A DNA stretch of 64,000 nt from the NCBI RefSeq assembly GCF_009914755.1, contig NC_060933.1. The stretch is one strand, 5' to 3'. The DNA is from the human T2T-CHM13v2.0 reference genome, Homo sapiens. Below the pieces are notes generated by a model. It was not told where the DNA came from, searched no databases, and saw nothing but the letters and a program-made list of their open reading frames with translations. Shown in pieces: positions 1 to 13,199 of the stretch (position 1 is the first letter of the stretch; each line of letters opens with the position of its first letter). The translations under genes and the position numbers were made by a program.

Positions 1-360
1 AGAAATGAATGGGAAAGCAGAACTCCTCTAGTACGTAGAATTATAGAATTTGGGGGCTACGGGAGACTTTCAGAATCATATTTCTAGTCCAAATTTCTGT
101 TTTACTCATGAGAAACACAAGCTCAAATAGGTGAGGGGCTTTGCGCAAGCTCAGCCAATGAGTCAGTGCAGAGCTGGAACTAAAACCCAGATCTCCCGAC
201 TGTTGCTGCACCACTCAGTGCTGCCTTCTTCTGGGCCTGACTGGCATCAACTCACTTGGTGATACTCAGCTTATTTCTTTTGTTTATAGTCTGTATTTCC
301 CATGAGTGCATGGACCTTGTCTACGAAGTACATGGTAGGTGCTCAATAAATATTTATTGA

Positions 361-528
361 ATGGAAAAATGGATGGATGAATGGATAATAGATAGATGGA
401 CATGAACGGACGGACAGATGGAAGGAAGGATGGATGGATGGATGGGTGGATGAGTGGGTAGACGATAAATGGATGGATGGGTGGGAGGATGGGTGAATGA
501 GTCAGTGGATGGATGATGGATGGATGGA
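361..528. repeat. Degenerate (GGAT)n microsatellite grown from an L2 3' tail
   Basis: Runs of tggatggatgga directly follow the L2 3'-end motif gtaggtgctcaataaatatttattgaatg. Confidence 0.85.
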
Positions 529-535
529 CAACCTG

Positions 536-800
536 AGGCAGAATGGTATAATGAAAAAGCCATGGAGTTTAGACCATGGGTTGACCTGGGGCCAAATCCC
601 AGCACTGCCACTTGTCAGCTGCATAACCTCAAGTAAACAACTCAACTTTTCTGAGCCTCGGGTAATTTTCTTGTAAAATTGTGGTCATAACACCTCAAAA
701 GTGTTTTGACAGTTAAATGAGAGGAGATAATATATACTGTATAAAAAGATTTTGCCAAATTCCTGCCACCACAGTAATTGTTAATTAAATGTTACCTTCT
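536..800 (+). mobile_element. MIR SINE
   Basis: aaatcccagcactgccacttgtcagctgcataacctcaagtaaacaactcaactttt...ctgagcctc...tgtaaaat matches the MIR core. Confidence 0.75.
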
Positions 801-1539
801 CTTCTCCTCCCATGAAAGGAAGTCTAAAGCATGGCTATTGTCACCTAAGTCTTGACATGGAGGTACCAGTTTCACACTGGCTTCAGATGTTTGTGTGTGA
901 TGGACTCACCTGCATATTCTGGGACAATGTCTTCTCATATTGTGTCCATCAAAATAAGTGTCAGGTCAATTCAATAGCATTTATTAAGTATCTAGGTTAA
1001 TGCTAAGATCTAGAGAGGTCACAGAGAAAAGTTTTCAAGCCTTCAAGTTTTTGTAGAGAAAGAACTGATATATATTCAGACAATTAAGAAGTTTATGTAT
1101 CCATGATTCCTCAGCTCAGGAGAGGGGTAACAATATCCCTAGACCAGGCACAGATGGCTATAAGACAAGAGCTCCAGTCCGGCTCAAAATCTCCCCTTGT
1201 ATAGGAATCTCTAGGAGATATGACCCATAAACTCAAACTATTAGATGTCCTGGCTGAGATGTAGCACCTGCCATTTCCTCCTCACTCGGAGTATTGCTGT
1301 GTGGATTCACCTTCCTCCAAGTTCAGTGGTGATGTCAATATTTAAAAGGCCTCAAAGAAAGGAGAGCTCACTGTGTGGTGAGCAGCTAAGGATATCTCCT
1401 GGAAGAGGTGGCCCTGGGCTTAGAACAGGGACATACATACACACCATTTGTGCCCTTACTCCCCTACCTCATCCAATCAATTATGGCACACCTTACACTG
1501 AACTCAGAACCCTTCTCAAACCCAGGGTATTCCAATAGA

Positions 1540-2850
1540 AATTCCAAAAAAAATTACTAGAAAAGTCTCCACATTTCGTAGTAAAGAAATATATTTTAAA
1601 ACAATGCTTTGGTCAAAGAATAAATAATATTTAAAATTAGCCAGGCTTGGTGGCTCATGCCTATAATCCCAGCACTTTGGGAGGCTGAAGCAGAAGGAGT
1701 GCTTAGGGCCAAGAGTTCAAGAACAGCCTGGGCAACATAGATAGACCTCATCTCCACTTAAAAAAAATTAATAATTTAAAAAAATCAGCTGGGTATGGTG
1801 GTGCACACCTGTTATTCCAGCACTTTGGAAAACTGAGATGAAAGGATTGCTTGAGCTCAAGAGTTTGATTGAGGCTGCAATGAGCTATGATTGCACCACT
1901 GTACTCCAGCCTGGGCAACAAAGTGAGACCCTGCTTCTAAAAGAAAATAATAAAGTAAAAAAAAAAAAATGAAAAGTAGAAAATACTTTAACTGAATGAT
2001 AATGAAAATAGTACGTATCAAAACTTATGGGATGCAGCTAAAACTGTGCACAGTGGGAAAATTACAGACTTAATTGCATATATTAGGGGAAAATACTCTT
2101 GCTTTCATCTCTTCGTTCTTGAAAACAAATTTTTTACAAAGCAAGGAAAAGTCTGAACCTCGGTGACCTAAGCTTCCATCTCAAAAACTTTGAAAAAAGA
2201 CAGCAAAATAAAGCCAAAAGAAGTAGGAGACAGGAAATAAAAAACAGAAATTAATGAAAAAGGAAACAAAGAACAATAGAGTTGATAAACAAAGTCAAAA
2301 GCTTATTCTCTGAAGACTAATAATTTTGATAATCTCTGGCAAAAGTCATCAGAGGAAAAAGAGAGAAAAAGCATTAATAACCAATATCCAACATCAGTAA
2401 TGACAAAGGACATTATTGCAGGATCCTATCAAAATTTAAAATCTAATAACAGAATGTTATAAACAACTTTGTGCAGACAGATTTGAAACTATAATTGAAA
2501 TTAACAAATCCCTAAGAAAACACAGTCTAACAAAATTGACACAAGAGGGAACAAATAATTTATCTGTTACTGAACTTGAATCCATAATGGAAACCTTCCC
2601 ACAAAGAAAAACCTCAGAGCCACACAAGTGGTTTCACTAGTAAATGCCACTGAATACTTAAGGAATAATGCCAGTCTTATACCAACCCTTCCAGAGAATG
2701 TAAACTCTTCCCAATTCATTTTATTTTATAAGGCCAACATACTCTCGATGCCAAAACCTGACAAACAAATTATAAGAAAAGAAAATTACAGACCAATTTC
2801 TCTCATGAATCCAGATGCAAAAATTCTCAACAAAATATTAACAAAAAATT
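1540..2850 (+). mobile_element. Old L1 (L1M) ORF2 fragment, interrupted by an Alu
   Basis: A-rich plus strand. ORF 2628-2861 contains FYKANILSMPKPDKQIIRKENYRPISLMNPDAKILNKIL, the L1 ORF2 motif just upstream of the RT domain. Confidence 0.9.
1639..1968 (+). mobile_element. AluJ
   Basis: Dimeric Alu with J-type features (gcttagggccaagagttc, gaggctgcaatgagctatgattgcacc) and a poly(A) tail. Confidence 0.9.
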
Positions 2851-2896
2851 TAAAGAGTTGATCCATTTCTCTAATTCAAGACAGCTTATTAAGTAA

Positions 2897-3278
<382 letters not shown>

Positions 3279-4447
3279 AAGGTCCACTTTTTCTACCAGG
3301 AAGCTAAGGATCCTAGAGGGTCAAAGATGCCATCACTAATATTTTTGAGTAAATGAAGAAGGAAAGAAGTAGAATGAATGAACAGAGAAACACACTGCAA
3401 TTGTATGGGGAAAAGAAAATAGAGGGAAGACGTTGCAGGCAAAATCATCCACAATTATACAAATTCCACCTTAGAGTAGAGCCCAGCACGCCTGGGAAGG
3501 GCAGAGAGAAGCTGATCGTACAGGCTTTCTGGGAGCCTTAACATCATTGTGTCTTAAAAGGGTGAGGAGCAGGGGAAAGGAGGAGGAAAGAGACTTTGGG
3601 ACTCAGCATTTCCATATCAGATAATGGACTTTAAGAGCATTTGGTTTATGACTGAATCTTATACCCTACACTCCCTCCCACCTCTATTCTCTCCACTGAA
3701 CAAGTAAAAGTGCCTCTTAGCACAGCAGATTCAAGAGCAGAGATTCACTTGAGATGACTGTACCACAGTGTGCTCATTCCCGATTGGAGTGAAATGGTCT
3801 CATCGCCTTTGAGTTGGGTCAGCTGCTGAGATGATCAGGGATCTGCTGGAAAGAAGCAGGGGGACAGAGGCTGATCCACATCCCACCTCTGCTCTGAGCT
3901 CTCAGGGAGACTGACATGAGGTCAGTCACCATCACCGTGGGAGTTCACAGAAACAGTCAGCATAATGGAGAGAAAGCCAGTGGAAGGGGAGCTTCGAAGA
4001 TGGAGACTCCAGCCTTCTCTTTCCCCATGGGAGTGATGGGCCCAAGGTTACCAAGCAACAAAAGGCCTTCTCTCCCCCTGCCACTCTCAACTGGGCTGTG
4101 TTGGGTGGAATATGGGCAGAGCTCAGTTCATCACTGACTTTATTTATTGAACAGGTTTTCTACCTGAACTCCTCACCTCCTTTCCAATCCTGAAATGAAT
4201 TAGGTCATATGAAGTCATAAGTGCTCTTCTGAGCCTCCCCTATTCTCCAACTTTCCAGTCATTCATTCACTCATTCAACAAACACTTACCCAGCTGGTCG
4301 AAGTGGAAAGGGCACAAGCTTTAGAATTGTGCTATTTATGATTAAGTCATTTAAGTGAGTCACTTCCCTTCCTCTGAGCCTCAGCATTTACACCTGTAAA
4401 TGGGGCTAACAACTTGAAAGACTAAGCCTGAAAGGTAGTAAGGATTA

Positions 4448-6039
4448 GATTCTTTTGCCAGTCATTAAAACAACCACTCCCCCCTCCCTCTCCCTCTCCC
4501 TCTCCCTCTCCCTCTCCCTCTCCCTCTCCATGGTCTCCCTCTCCCTATCCCTCTCCCTCTCCCTCTCCCTCTCCATCTCCACGGTCTCCCTCTCCACGGT
4601 CTCCCTCTGATGCCGAGCCGAAGCTGGACTGTACTGCTGCCGTCTTGGCTCACTGCAACCTCCCTGCCTGATTCTCCTGCCTCAGCCTGCCGAGTGCCTG
4701 TGATTGCAGGCACGCGCCACCACACCTGACTGGTTTTCCTATTTTTTTGGTGGAGACGGGGTTTCACTGTGTTGGCCGGGCTGGTCTCCAGCTCCTAGCC
4801 GCGAGTGATCCGCCAGCCTCAGCCTCCCGAGGTGCCGGGATTGCAGACGGAGTCTCGTTCACTCAGTGCTCAATGGTGCCCAGGCTGGAGTGCAGTGGCC
4901 TGATCTCGGCTCGCTACAACCTCCACCTCCCAGCCACCTGCCTTGGCCTCCCAAAGTGCCGAGATTGCAGCCTCTGCCCGGCTGCCACCCCATCTGGGAA
5001 GTGAGGAGCGTCTCTGCCTGGCCACCCATCGTCTGGGATGTGAGGAGCCCCTCTGCCTGGCTGCCCAGTCTGGAAAGTGAGGAGTGTCTCTGCCCGGCCG
5101 CCATCCCATCTAGGAAGTGAGGAGCGCCTCTTCCCGGCTGCCCATCGTCTGAGATGTGGGGAGCGCCTCTGCCCCGCCGCCCCGTCTGGGATGTGAGGAG
5201 CGCCTCTGCCCCGCCACGACCCCGTCTGGGAGGTGAGGAGCCTCTCTGCCCGGCCGCCCTGTCTGAGAAGTGAGGAGACCCTCCGCCCGGCAGCTGCCCC
5301 GTCTGAGAAATGAGGAGCCCCTCCGCCCGGCAGCCACCCCATCTGGGAAGTGAGGAGCATCTCCGCCCAGCAGCCACCCCGTCCGGGAGGGAGGCGGGGG
5401 TCAGCCCCCGCCAGGCCAGCCGCCCCGTCCGGGAGGTGGGGGGCGCCTCTGCCCGGCCGCCCCTACTGGGAAGTGAGGAGCCCCTCTGCCCAGCCACCAC
5501 CCCGTCTGGGAGGTGTACCCAACAGCTCATTGAGAACGGGCCATGATGACAATGGCGGTTTTGTGGAATAGAAAAGGGGGAAAGGTGGGGAAAAGATTGA
5601 GAAATCGGATGGTTGCTGTGTCTGTGTAGAAAGAAGTAGACATGGGAGACTTTTCATTTTGTTCTGTACTAAGAAAAATTCTTCTTCCTTGGGATCCTGT
5701 TGATCTATGACCTTACCCCCAACCCTGTGCTCTCTGAAACATGTGCTGTGTCCACTCAGGGTTAAATGGATTAAGGGCGGTGCAAGATGTGCTTTGTTAA
5801 ACAGATGCTTGAAGGCAGCATGCTCGTTAAGAGTCATCACCACTCCCTAATCTCAAGTACCCAGGGACACAAACACTGCGGAAGGCCGCAGGGTCCTCTG
5901 CCTAGGAAAACCAGAGACCTTTGTTCACTTGTTTATCTGCTGACCTTCCCTCCACTATTGTCCTATGACCCTGCCAAATCCCCCTCTGTGAGAAACACCC
6001 AAGAATGATCAATAAAAAAAAAATTAAATTAAAAAAAAA
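4448..6039 (+). mobile_element. Full-length SVA retrotransposon (subfamily about B-D) inserted in a MIR
   Basis: (CCCTCT)n hexamer ~4477-4608, antisense Alu-like region ~4610-4970, GC-rich VNTR ~4970-5510, SINE-R ~5510-6010, AATAAA at 6011, then poly(A). Perfect 17-bp TSD aaaggtagtaaggatta at 4431-4447 and 6040-6056. Confidence 0.98.
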
Positions 6040-6139
6040 AAAGGTAGTAAGGATTAACTGTGAACTTACTCATAAAGCTTATAATGCAGTGACTGGCATT
6101 TTATCAGTTTAAGAAATGTTCATTTCTCTCCTCCCTATG

Positions 6140-6680
6140 TGCAGACTCTGGGACTACAAAGGTGAATCAGATGTTTTTGCCTGACAAGAAGCTCATAATA
6201 TAATAAAGATGACAAAAATATACATGAGAAATTAAAATGCCTGGATGAAAGACAGTGCAGTTTCATGTAAATGTACCTAAATACTATGAGGGTGTAGAGA
6301 AGAAAAGGAAGAGCTGAGATGCCCAGAACGAATCCTCAGAGTGCCTGGCATTTGAACTGGTCCCAAGGTTTCTCAGGGGGAGGGGGAACATGAATTTTGC
6401 CATTCAGAGACAGGATGGGGGTAGCACTTGGGCAGACAGTGTGGACAATTCACTGCAGCAAAACTGTGGAAGCAGGAAGGCCCAGGGCATGAACCAGGGT
6501 GGAGCAGTGTGTGGTCTGTATGGTGGAGGGTCTCAATGAAGAAGTGCAGTGGAGATGAAGCTGGAAGTCTGCAACGACCCTGTAGGGCCCTGAATGCCAA
6601 GTTGGAAGTTTTGGCCACGTCTGGGTAAATGATGACATTAAACATGGACAATGAGGTCACTTAGGATCTGCTACTAAGGT
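6140..6680 (-). mobile_element. L2 LINE fragment
   Basis: Antisense L2-like text (ggagatgaagctggaag...ggccctgaatgccaagttggaagttttgg). Confidence 0.6.
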
Positions 6681-7059
6681 AATGTTTGAGGCCATGCCTT
6701 CCCTTCTCCTTCTCTTTGGATAGACGCTGTAAGGACCAAAGTGCCGGGAGGTATTCCATGCGCCCCACCGTCACGGCATATCATTAACCCACCATCATTC
6801 CCAGCCTCCACAGACTTCTGACTCCTCTGTTTCCCAGGGGGAAACTCATTCTCAACAATGTGTCACCCACATAAGGGGACCAAGTCTGGGAGGTGGTGTG
6901 GGCCACGGGCTTGCTCACAACTCAGTGTCAGACTCTCGTGAGGCCCCAGTCACTGACGGCCACAACAGCAACCAGACAAAACAGAAACTGCCCTTCACCA
7001 GCTGAGCTTCCCTCTTAAACATCTCTGAAACCCATCAGCTTCTGCATCACTGCCTCCCT

Positions 7060-8180
7060 GCTAGCTCAGGCCCCCACCTTCCCAGCCAAAGGGTTCTATC
7101 CAAAACCTCTGGATTGTAACACACCCTGTGTGAAACCTTCACTGGCTCCCATTGTCCAAGGACAAACTGCAGACTCCTGTGCATGGACTTTAAGATGCTC
7201 CCAGATCCGGCACCTGCTGAAGTCTGCAGCCTCACTCCTGCTATTCCCCAGACCACCCCCATTCCCACCCAGCCAGATTGGACAATCTTGAGTTCTTGGA
7301 AGCCGCTGTATCCTCTCTCACCTCCAGACTTTGTGTATGTTTTTCCCCACACCTGGAATTCCTTTCCCTCCCTCTTAATTCTTACCCCATAACATTTATC
7401 TTCACCCAGTGTGATAGGTTTGTGTCCCCTCAAAATGCATACATTAAAGTCCTAGCCCCCAGTATTTGTGAAGATGACATTGTTTGGGGATAGAAACTTT
7501 AAAAAGATACATTAAAATGGGGTCATTTGTGGGGTCCCTAATCCAATATAACTGGTGTCCTCATGAAAGGGGAAATTTGGAGAAAGGTACACAAACAGGG
7601 AGAATGTCATGTGAACATCAGGGCAGAGACCAGCGTGATGAGTCTACAAGCCAAAGAGTGCCAAAAATTGCAGACAAACCACCAAAAGAGAAAAGATGTT
7701 TGGAACAAAGTCTTCCTCACAGTCCCTCAGAAGGAACCAGCCCTGCTGACACCTTGATTTTGGACACTGGCCTCCAAAACTATGAGACTATACATCTCTG
7801 TAGTTTAAGCCATGCAATTTGTGGTACTTTGTTACAGCAGCCTAATTAGCAAACTAATATATCCCATTTACTCCTAATCACCCATCTGAGCTCAGCTTAG
7901 AGTCCTTCCTCCTGGAAATCTTCCCTGACTCCCCTCACCCCCAGAGTGTGTTAATGCCTGAGCTCTGCATTCCAAAAGCATCCTGTCCTCCCTGGTATGG
8001 TAGTACCCATCCCACTGCCTGGGCTTTGCTTGTATGCTTGTTTCTCTCCTCAGCCAGTCCTGAGCACCATGAGCGCCGGGCTTCATCTGTCTGCCAACCA
8101 CTGTGTTCCAGAGCCCAGTTTGCTGCCCAGGACTGAGAAAGGCTCAATATGTGACTATTACATGAATGAATGAATGAGTA
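7060..8180 (+). mobile_element. L2 3' fragment interrupted by an MLT1 LTR
   Basis: aaaccttcactggctcccattgtcc...aaactgcagactcct, ending in the L2 tail ctcaatatg...tgaatgaatgaatga. Confidence 0.65.
7410..7861 (+). mobile_element. MaLR solo LTR (MLT1B/C-like)
   Basis: tgtgataggtttgtgtcccctcaaaat...aaggaaccagccctgctgacaccttgattttgga...tgtggtactttgttacagcagcc...aactaata. Confidence 0.85.
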
Positions 8181-9429
8181 GAGGCTAATAACAGCCAGGG
8201 CTAAGATAATGTATTCAAAAAGAAGCAACCAGAAACTCAAAATACTCAGTGTTCCCAAAAGTGTGGAGAGCTCAGTTTGAACCGGGGGCAGGTCTGAAAG
8301 CTCCCAGCAGGCTGAGGGGAGCCCTGTTCAATCAGGCTCACCCCAGCCTGGATCAGGGTATTCTGTGGAGAATTGTGCAAAATGGTTTGGAGTTTTTGTT
8401 GTTTGGTGGGGGTGGGCAGGAGCCAACTCATGAAGGGTGGGGACTGCTGAGAGCTGGGTATGACGGCTGGAGCAGGATCCCCCCAAGCAAGAAGGGCTCC
8501 ATCAGGATTCAAATTCCAGCTTCAAATCACAAAATCCAGACTGTGGGAAATTTAACAAGACTCAGTCCATGGTTTTATCAACAAAATATTACGATGAAAG
8601 AAAAGAGAGGTGGAGAGGGTACCTTCAGATCAAAAGCCACCTAGAGGCTAGCTGAGGGGGAAATCCTTTCATGCCAAGCACAGAAACCAAATCCAAGCCC
8701 TACAGATTGAGCTGGGTAAGTGATGTTTAGGGCAGAGTTGCAGCCTGGTGAGCACCCAGGAAGCAGACACCCTGAAGGGTGAGCTCAAAGCAAAGACCAA
8801 CCCAGACTCCACCCACTGGAGCATGGATATGATGCCCACAGCCTGGACTGGCTGGGTGGGCAGGGCTGTGCCTCTTGAGGGAGGAAGGAGGAGCTCTGAG
8901 GGTGGGGAAGCTTCCTGGACCCCTGGTTCCCTCTAGGCCTCCTGATGTTGACGCAATCACGTATGCAAGCAGCTGGGGCCACAGCGGTAGATAAGCAATT
9001 CCCAGCCAGGTAGTCACAGTGCTGCCTGTGAGTGCAGGTGGGAACTGCAGCCTGGGTGAACAGAGTAGGTGCCTGACTTCCTGGGGGTGGGGGGTGGCTC
9101 CAAGTGTGCTGGGGGCAGGATATGCTCAGTGTATTCTAAGCACAGAGAGGAAGCCTGTGTGGCCAGAAAAAAAAAAAAATGATAGGAGGAATTTCCAAGA
9201 TCAGAGAAGTAGTCCGATGCCAGGTGCCAGGTTACAGGGGGCTTTGGCTCTGTGGAGACTTTGGATACTACAGAGTGAGATGGAGGATTTTGAGTAGATG
9301 AATGTTATGATCCGGTTACATTGTAAGAGAATGACTGGCTGCTGGGTAGAAAGAGACTGGAAAGGGTCACACTAATATTCTGAAAAGCATGTAAGCTCTG
9401 GAAACACATTTGGGTTCACATTTCTGCTT

Positions 9430-9739
9430 CAAATCAGCAAAATCCAGACTGTGGGAAATTTGGCAGGATGAATTACCTGGATTCATTCACAAAATAAGGT
9501 AATGAGAGAAAACAGAGATGGAGAGGGAAACTACAGATTGAAATAAAGCTAAGTTACCAATCTATCACAATGTTTGATCCCAACTCAAATATCAAACCAG
9601 AAAGAGGTAAGGAAATGTGGACCTTGACAGGGTATTGGACATATTAAGGAATTATTGTTAGTTTCATTTAGGTGTGGTAATGCTATTTGAGGTCCTTATC
9701 TTTTAGAAATTCCATTTGAAATATTTACAGATGAAATGA
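9430..9739 (+). mobile_element. L1MC-type 3' UTR fragment
   Basis: cagcaaaatccagactgtgggaaa...ttaaggaattattgttagtttcatttaggtgtggtaatg...atatttacagatgaaatgat. Confidence 0.7.
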
Positions 9740-10039
<300 letters not shown>

Positions 10040-12325
10040 AATTTTTTTTTTAATATATACCTTTATTATTTGCATGCTGCGTGACCTCTGGCAAGCCACT
10101 TCCACTCTTTAAGTCTCAGTTTCCTCATCTATAAAATGGGCATGACAATACTCCATGGTAAAGTGCCTGGCATAGGGTAGGTACTCAATAAATGGCAAGG
10201 GCTATGAGACCAGTCCTTGTCTGGACGGAGTCCCTCCTGGAACCCACATCTTCTCACTGACCTGGCAGCCCCAGGGATGGCCTCTCTGGGGGAGTCTCAA
10301 AGAAGAACCTGAATTCCAAGGGGAGCTCACTGAGAGCTCAGACTTAAAGTCTCTCCAGACCAGGATTCCAGCCCTAGGATGACCCTCAGGCCAAGGCCAA
10401 GTCTGCCCCTATAAACCTCTCCCAAGCTCAGCCTCCCTATCAGAAAGCCAAGGCAGGAGGGTGGCATCCACATATGAAATCCCCTAGATGGCAGCTCCTC
10501 CCCACTCCCTAGGACCCCATGCCAACCCACACAGTCCCCCGGCGACACAGTGCAGCCATCCATGGGCAGCAGCCAGCCTGCTGGTGTGATTATAATTAAG
10601 TCGGTTTCCAGCATCCTCTAGGGGCTGCTCTGCCCTTTTCTCCCTTTGGTCATTTTACCTGTCATATGGTCCCCAGGGTCACAAACAATTCTCAACACGG
10701 TTTTTGATTAAAATCCAGTGAAGCTGAAAACCAAGCCAGATTCATAGGATAAAAAAATGTTAGCCACTACCTCAGGGAAGTCAACTTAATTCACTGTTTG
10801 CACCAGGGAAAGGCTGGTATCAGAAGTAGGCCTTAAAGTCCAAGGACTGACATCTTTGAGCACCTACCATACTCCAGATCTGTTAATTACATTCTTTCAC
10901 TTGATTTACCAGGAGTAGGTGGTCTTCATGTGTGCCTCTCTCCTGGGAGCCCCTAAAGTCAGAACAGAAACTCCAGGCTTCTGAGCCCTCTGCTCCCTCT
11001 AACTGGGATGTCATTCCCCTGTATCTCTGCCCTGAACATCATCTTTCCATGACAGCTAAATGTGACAAACCCCAAGTCCAGCAAAAATCACCCCCTTTTC
11101 TCATCTCCCACCACCCACATCCTTTACAGTACTTACCACACAGCATGATGATAAGCCATACACATGCTCACCTCCCCCTCAATCCCCAGACTACAGATTC
11201 CTTGAAGGTAGCAGGGAAAAAGGCATTTTTTTAAACTGGAGAATGTCCAAAGGAGAGCGGGAATAGTGGCAGCCCATAAAGAACAGTAGGAGGAACTGGG
11301 GTGGAGGCAATGAATAATAAGAAAAATAATAACTAACATTGTTAAATAATTCCAACATCCTGGGCACTGAGCCAAGTGCTTCACCTTTGGCAGTGCTTTC
11401 TAAAGCCACCCTTTTGCTACAGATGGAAACGCTGAGGCTCTGTATTGAAGACATTTCTTCCCTTGCACGAATGCTCCCAACATAGATGAAATTGAGAGCC
11501 AGAGTTTAGTTAAGGGACACAATTAACCCCCTGCCCCACTTTGCCAATTATATCCCCAGGACAAATTAGCCAAGTTAGAAGGACACATATTGTCAGGAGC
11601 AGGGAGGGGTTGCTGAAATAGTTTCACCTGCTGTTCTGCTCAAGTTGGTGGCTGCCATTTATTTTGGTAGTTAACACATTAATTTTGGTAGAACACACTG
11701 TGTTGCTCGGATTTTGTTTTATCAGTTTTAATCAACCAAATTATTATTTTGAAGTGCAATGACAAAATAATCTCTAGTGCTAATGTTTAAAACTCCCTCA
11801 TGATTTAAACTACAGTTTGCGAGTTTAAAAGAAGTCTTCAGCCTTCTTTTTACCCCTTTTTACCCGTTTACCCTCGTTTTAGAAATGTTTCTGAAAGACA
11901 ATTTTTGCGAATGTGAGTTTCTTAGGAATGAAGTTGTCATGTGATAGCTGATCAGGCTGTAGCATCCCCACTTTACAGATGAAGAAAACATCTAATAGGC
12001 CAAGTGGCAAGACCATAGTCACCACCAAATTAGGGGCAGATTTGGGGTGTGGGCAAGCTGGGTATGGCACCAAAGCAAGTCATTTTTCCATTAGCAGTAA
12101 AAGCCATGTTCCCAGTGCCTAGCACTCTGCCTAGCCGCCGCACCCCCCTTCCTGCTGTGCTCAATCGATTATTAGAAGAATTAAGACGTTAAATTATGAA
12201 ACGATTGTCAGAATAATATAGAAATTTGGACTCCCAGGGAAGCGTTCTTTTCTTTCTCAGAAACAGCCAAAATGCCTCCAACACCCTTTCTCCAGATCAG
12301 GTCACATGTTAACTCTTTTCATCAT

Positions 12326-12913
12326 TGTGTCAAGAAGGATTCTAAGATCTGGCCACCCAAGATTCTCAGCCCCTGGTTCTTCAATCAAACACTAATCCAG
12401 ATACCGCTGTGAAGGGTTTTTGCAGATGTACTTAAGGTTGCTAATCAGCTGATCTTCAAGTAGAGATTATCTAGATGGGTCTAACAAAACCACATGAGCC
12501 ACTTAAAAGTAAAGAGTTTTCTTTGGCTGGTAGCAGAAGGGAAAGTCAGAGACCCAACGCATGCAGGGATTGTATGCATGCTACAGGCTTGCAGATGGAG
12601 GGGACCATGTGCAGGAACTGAGAGTGACCCCCAGCTGACAGCAGCAAGAAAACAGGGACTTTGATCCTACAACCACAGAAATTAAATTCTGCCAACAACC
12701 TGGATAAGCTGGGAAGTGGGTTCTTCCCCAGAGCCTCCAGATACGAGCCCATCCTTCAGACATCTTGATTTCAGTCCTGGGAGACCCTAAGCAGAGAACC
12801 CAGTCAAGCCTAACCAGACTTTTGACTTGTAGAGCTGTGAGGTAATAAATGGATATCATCTTAAGTTACTAAGTTTGTAGTAATTTGTTACACAGCAAGA
12901 AAAAACTAATACA
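12326..12913 (+). mobile_element. MaLR solo LTR (MLT1E-like)
   Basis: TG...CA termini, MLT1 body (aattctgccaacaacctg, taatttgttacacagcaa...aactaataca) and an intact 5-bp TSD atcat at 12321-12325 and 12914-12918. Confidence 0.9.
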
Positions 12914-13199
12914 ATCATATTAAACTCTCTACCCATTTGCTTTATGTATGGCCTCACCTGATTTGATCAGGAAACCAATTTATTCATAATAATTACTTAC
13001 AGAGCAGGTGGTACAGGAAAAATCTTTCCTGTTTTTCCCAGAATTGGCAATAAGCATCGCAACTTAGAAAAAAAGGTTGCTACGGACAACCTTAGTTTGG
13101 AGACCAGCCCCTGTGAGCTAGTGGTGCTGGGGCCTGTTTCCCCATCCTATGGACAGACCGCTGGTGGGTACATGTCAGAAGTTTATGGGTACCCGCTAA

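Noticed and set aside
2628-2861. ORF with clear similarity to L1 ORF2
   Set aside because: Short in-frame remnant of a decayed L1; the surrounding frames are broken.
4970-5510. Repeat array superficially like CRISPR repeat-spacer units
   Set aside because: This is the SVA VNTR: degenerate tandem units without unique spacers, no cas genes, and a eukaryotic context.
4465-6008. Cluster of long overlapping ORFs (up to 223 aa) on both strands
   Set aside because: All lie in the GC-rich SVA hexamer, VNTR and SINE-R; they are repeat-derived open frames, not genes.
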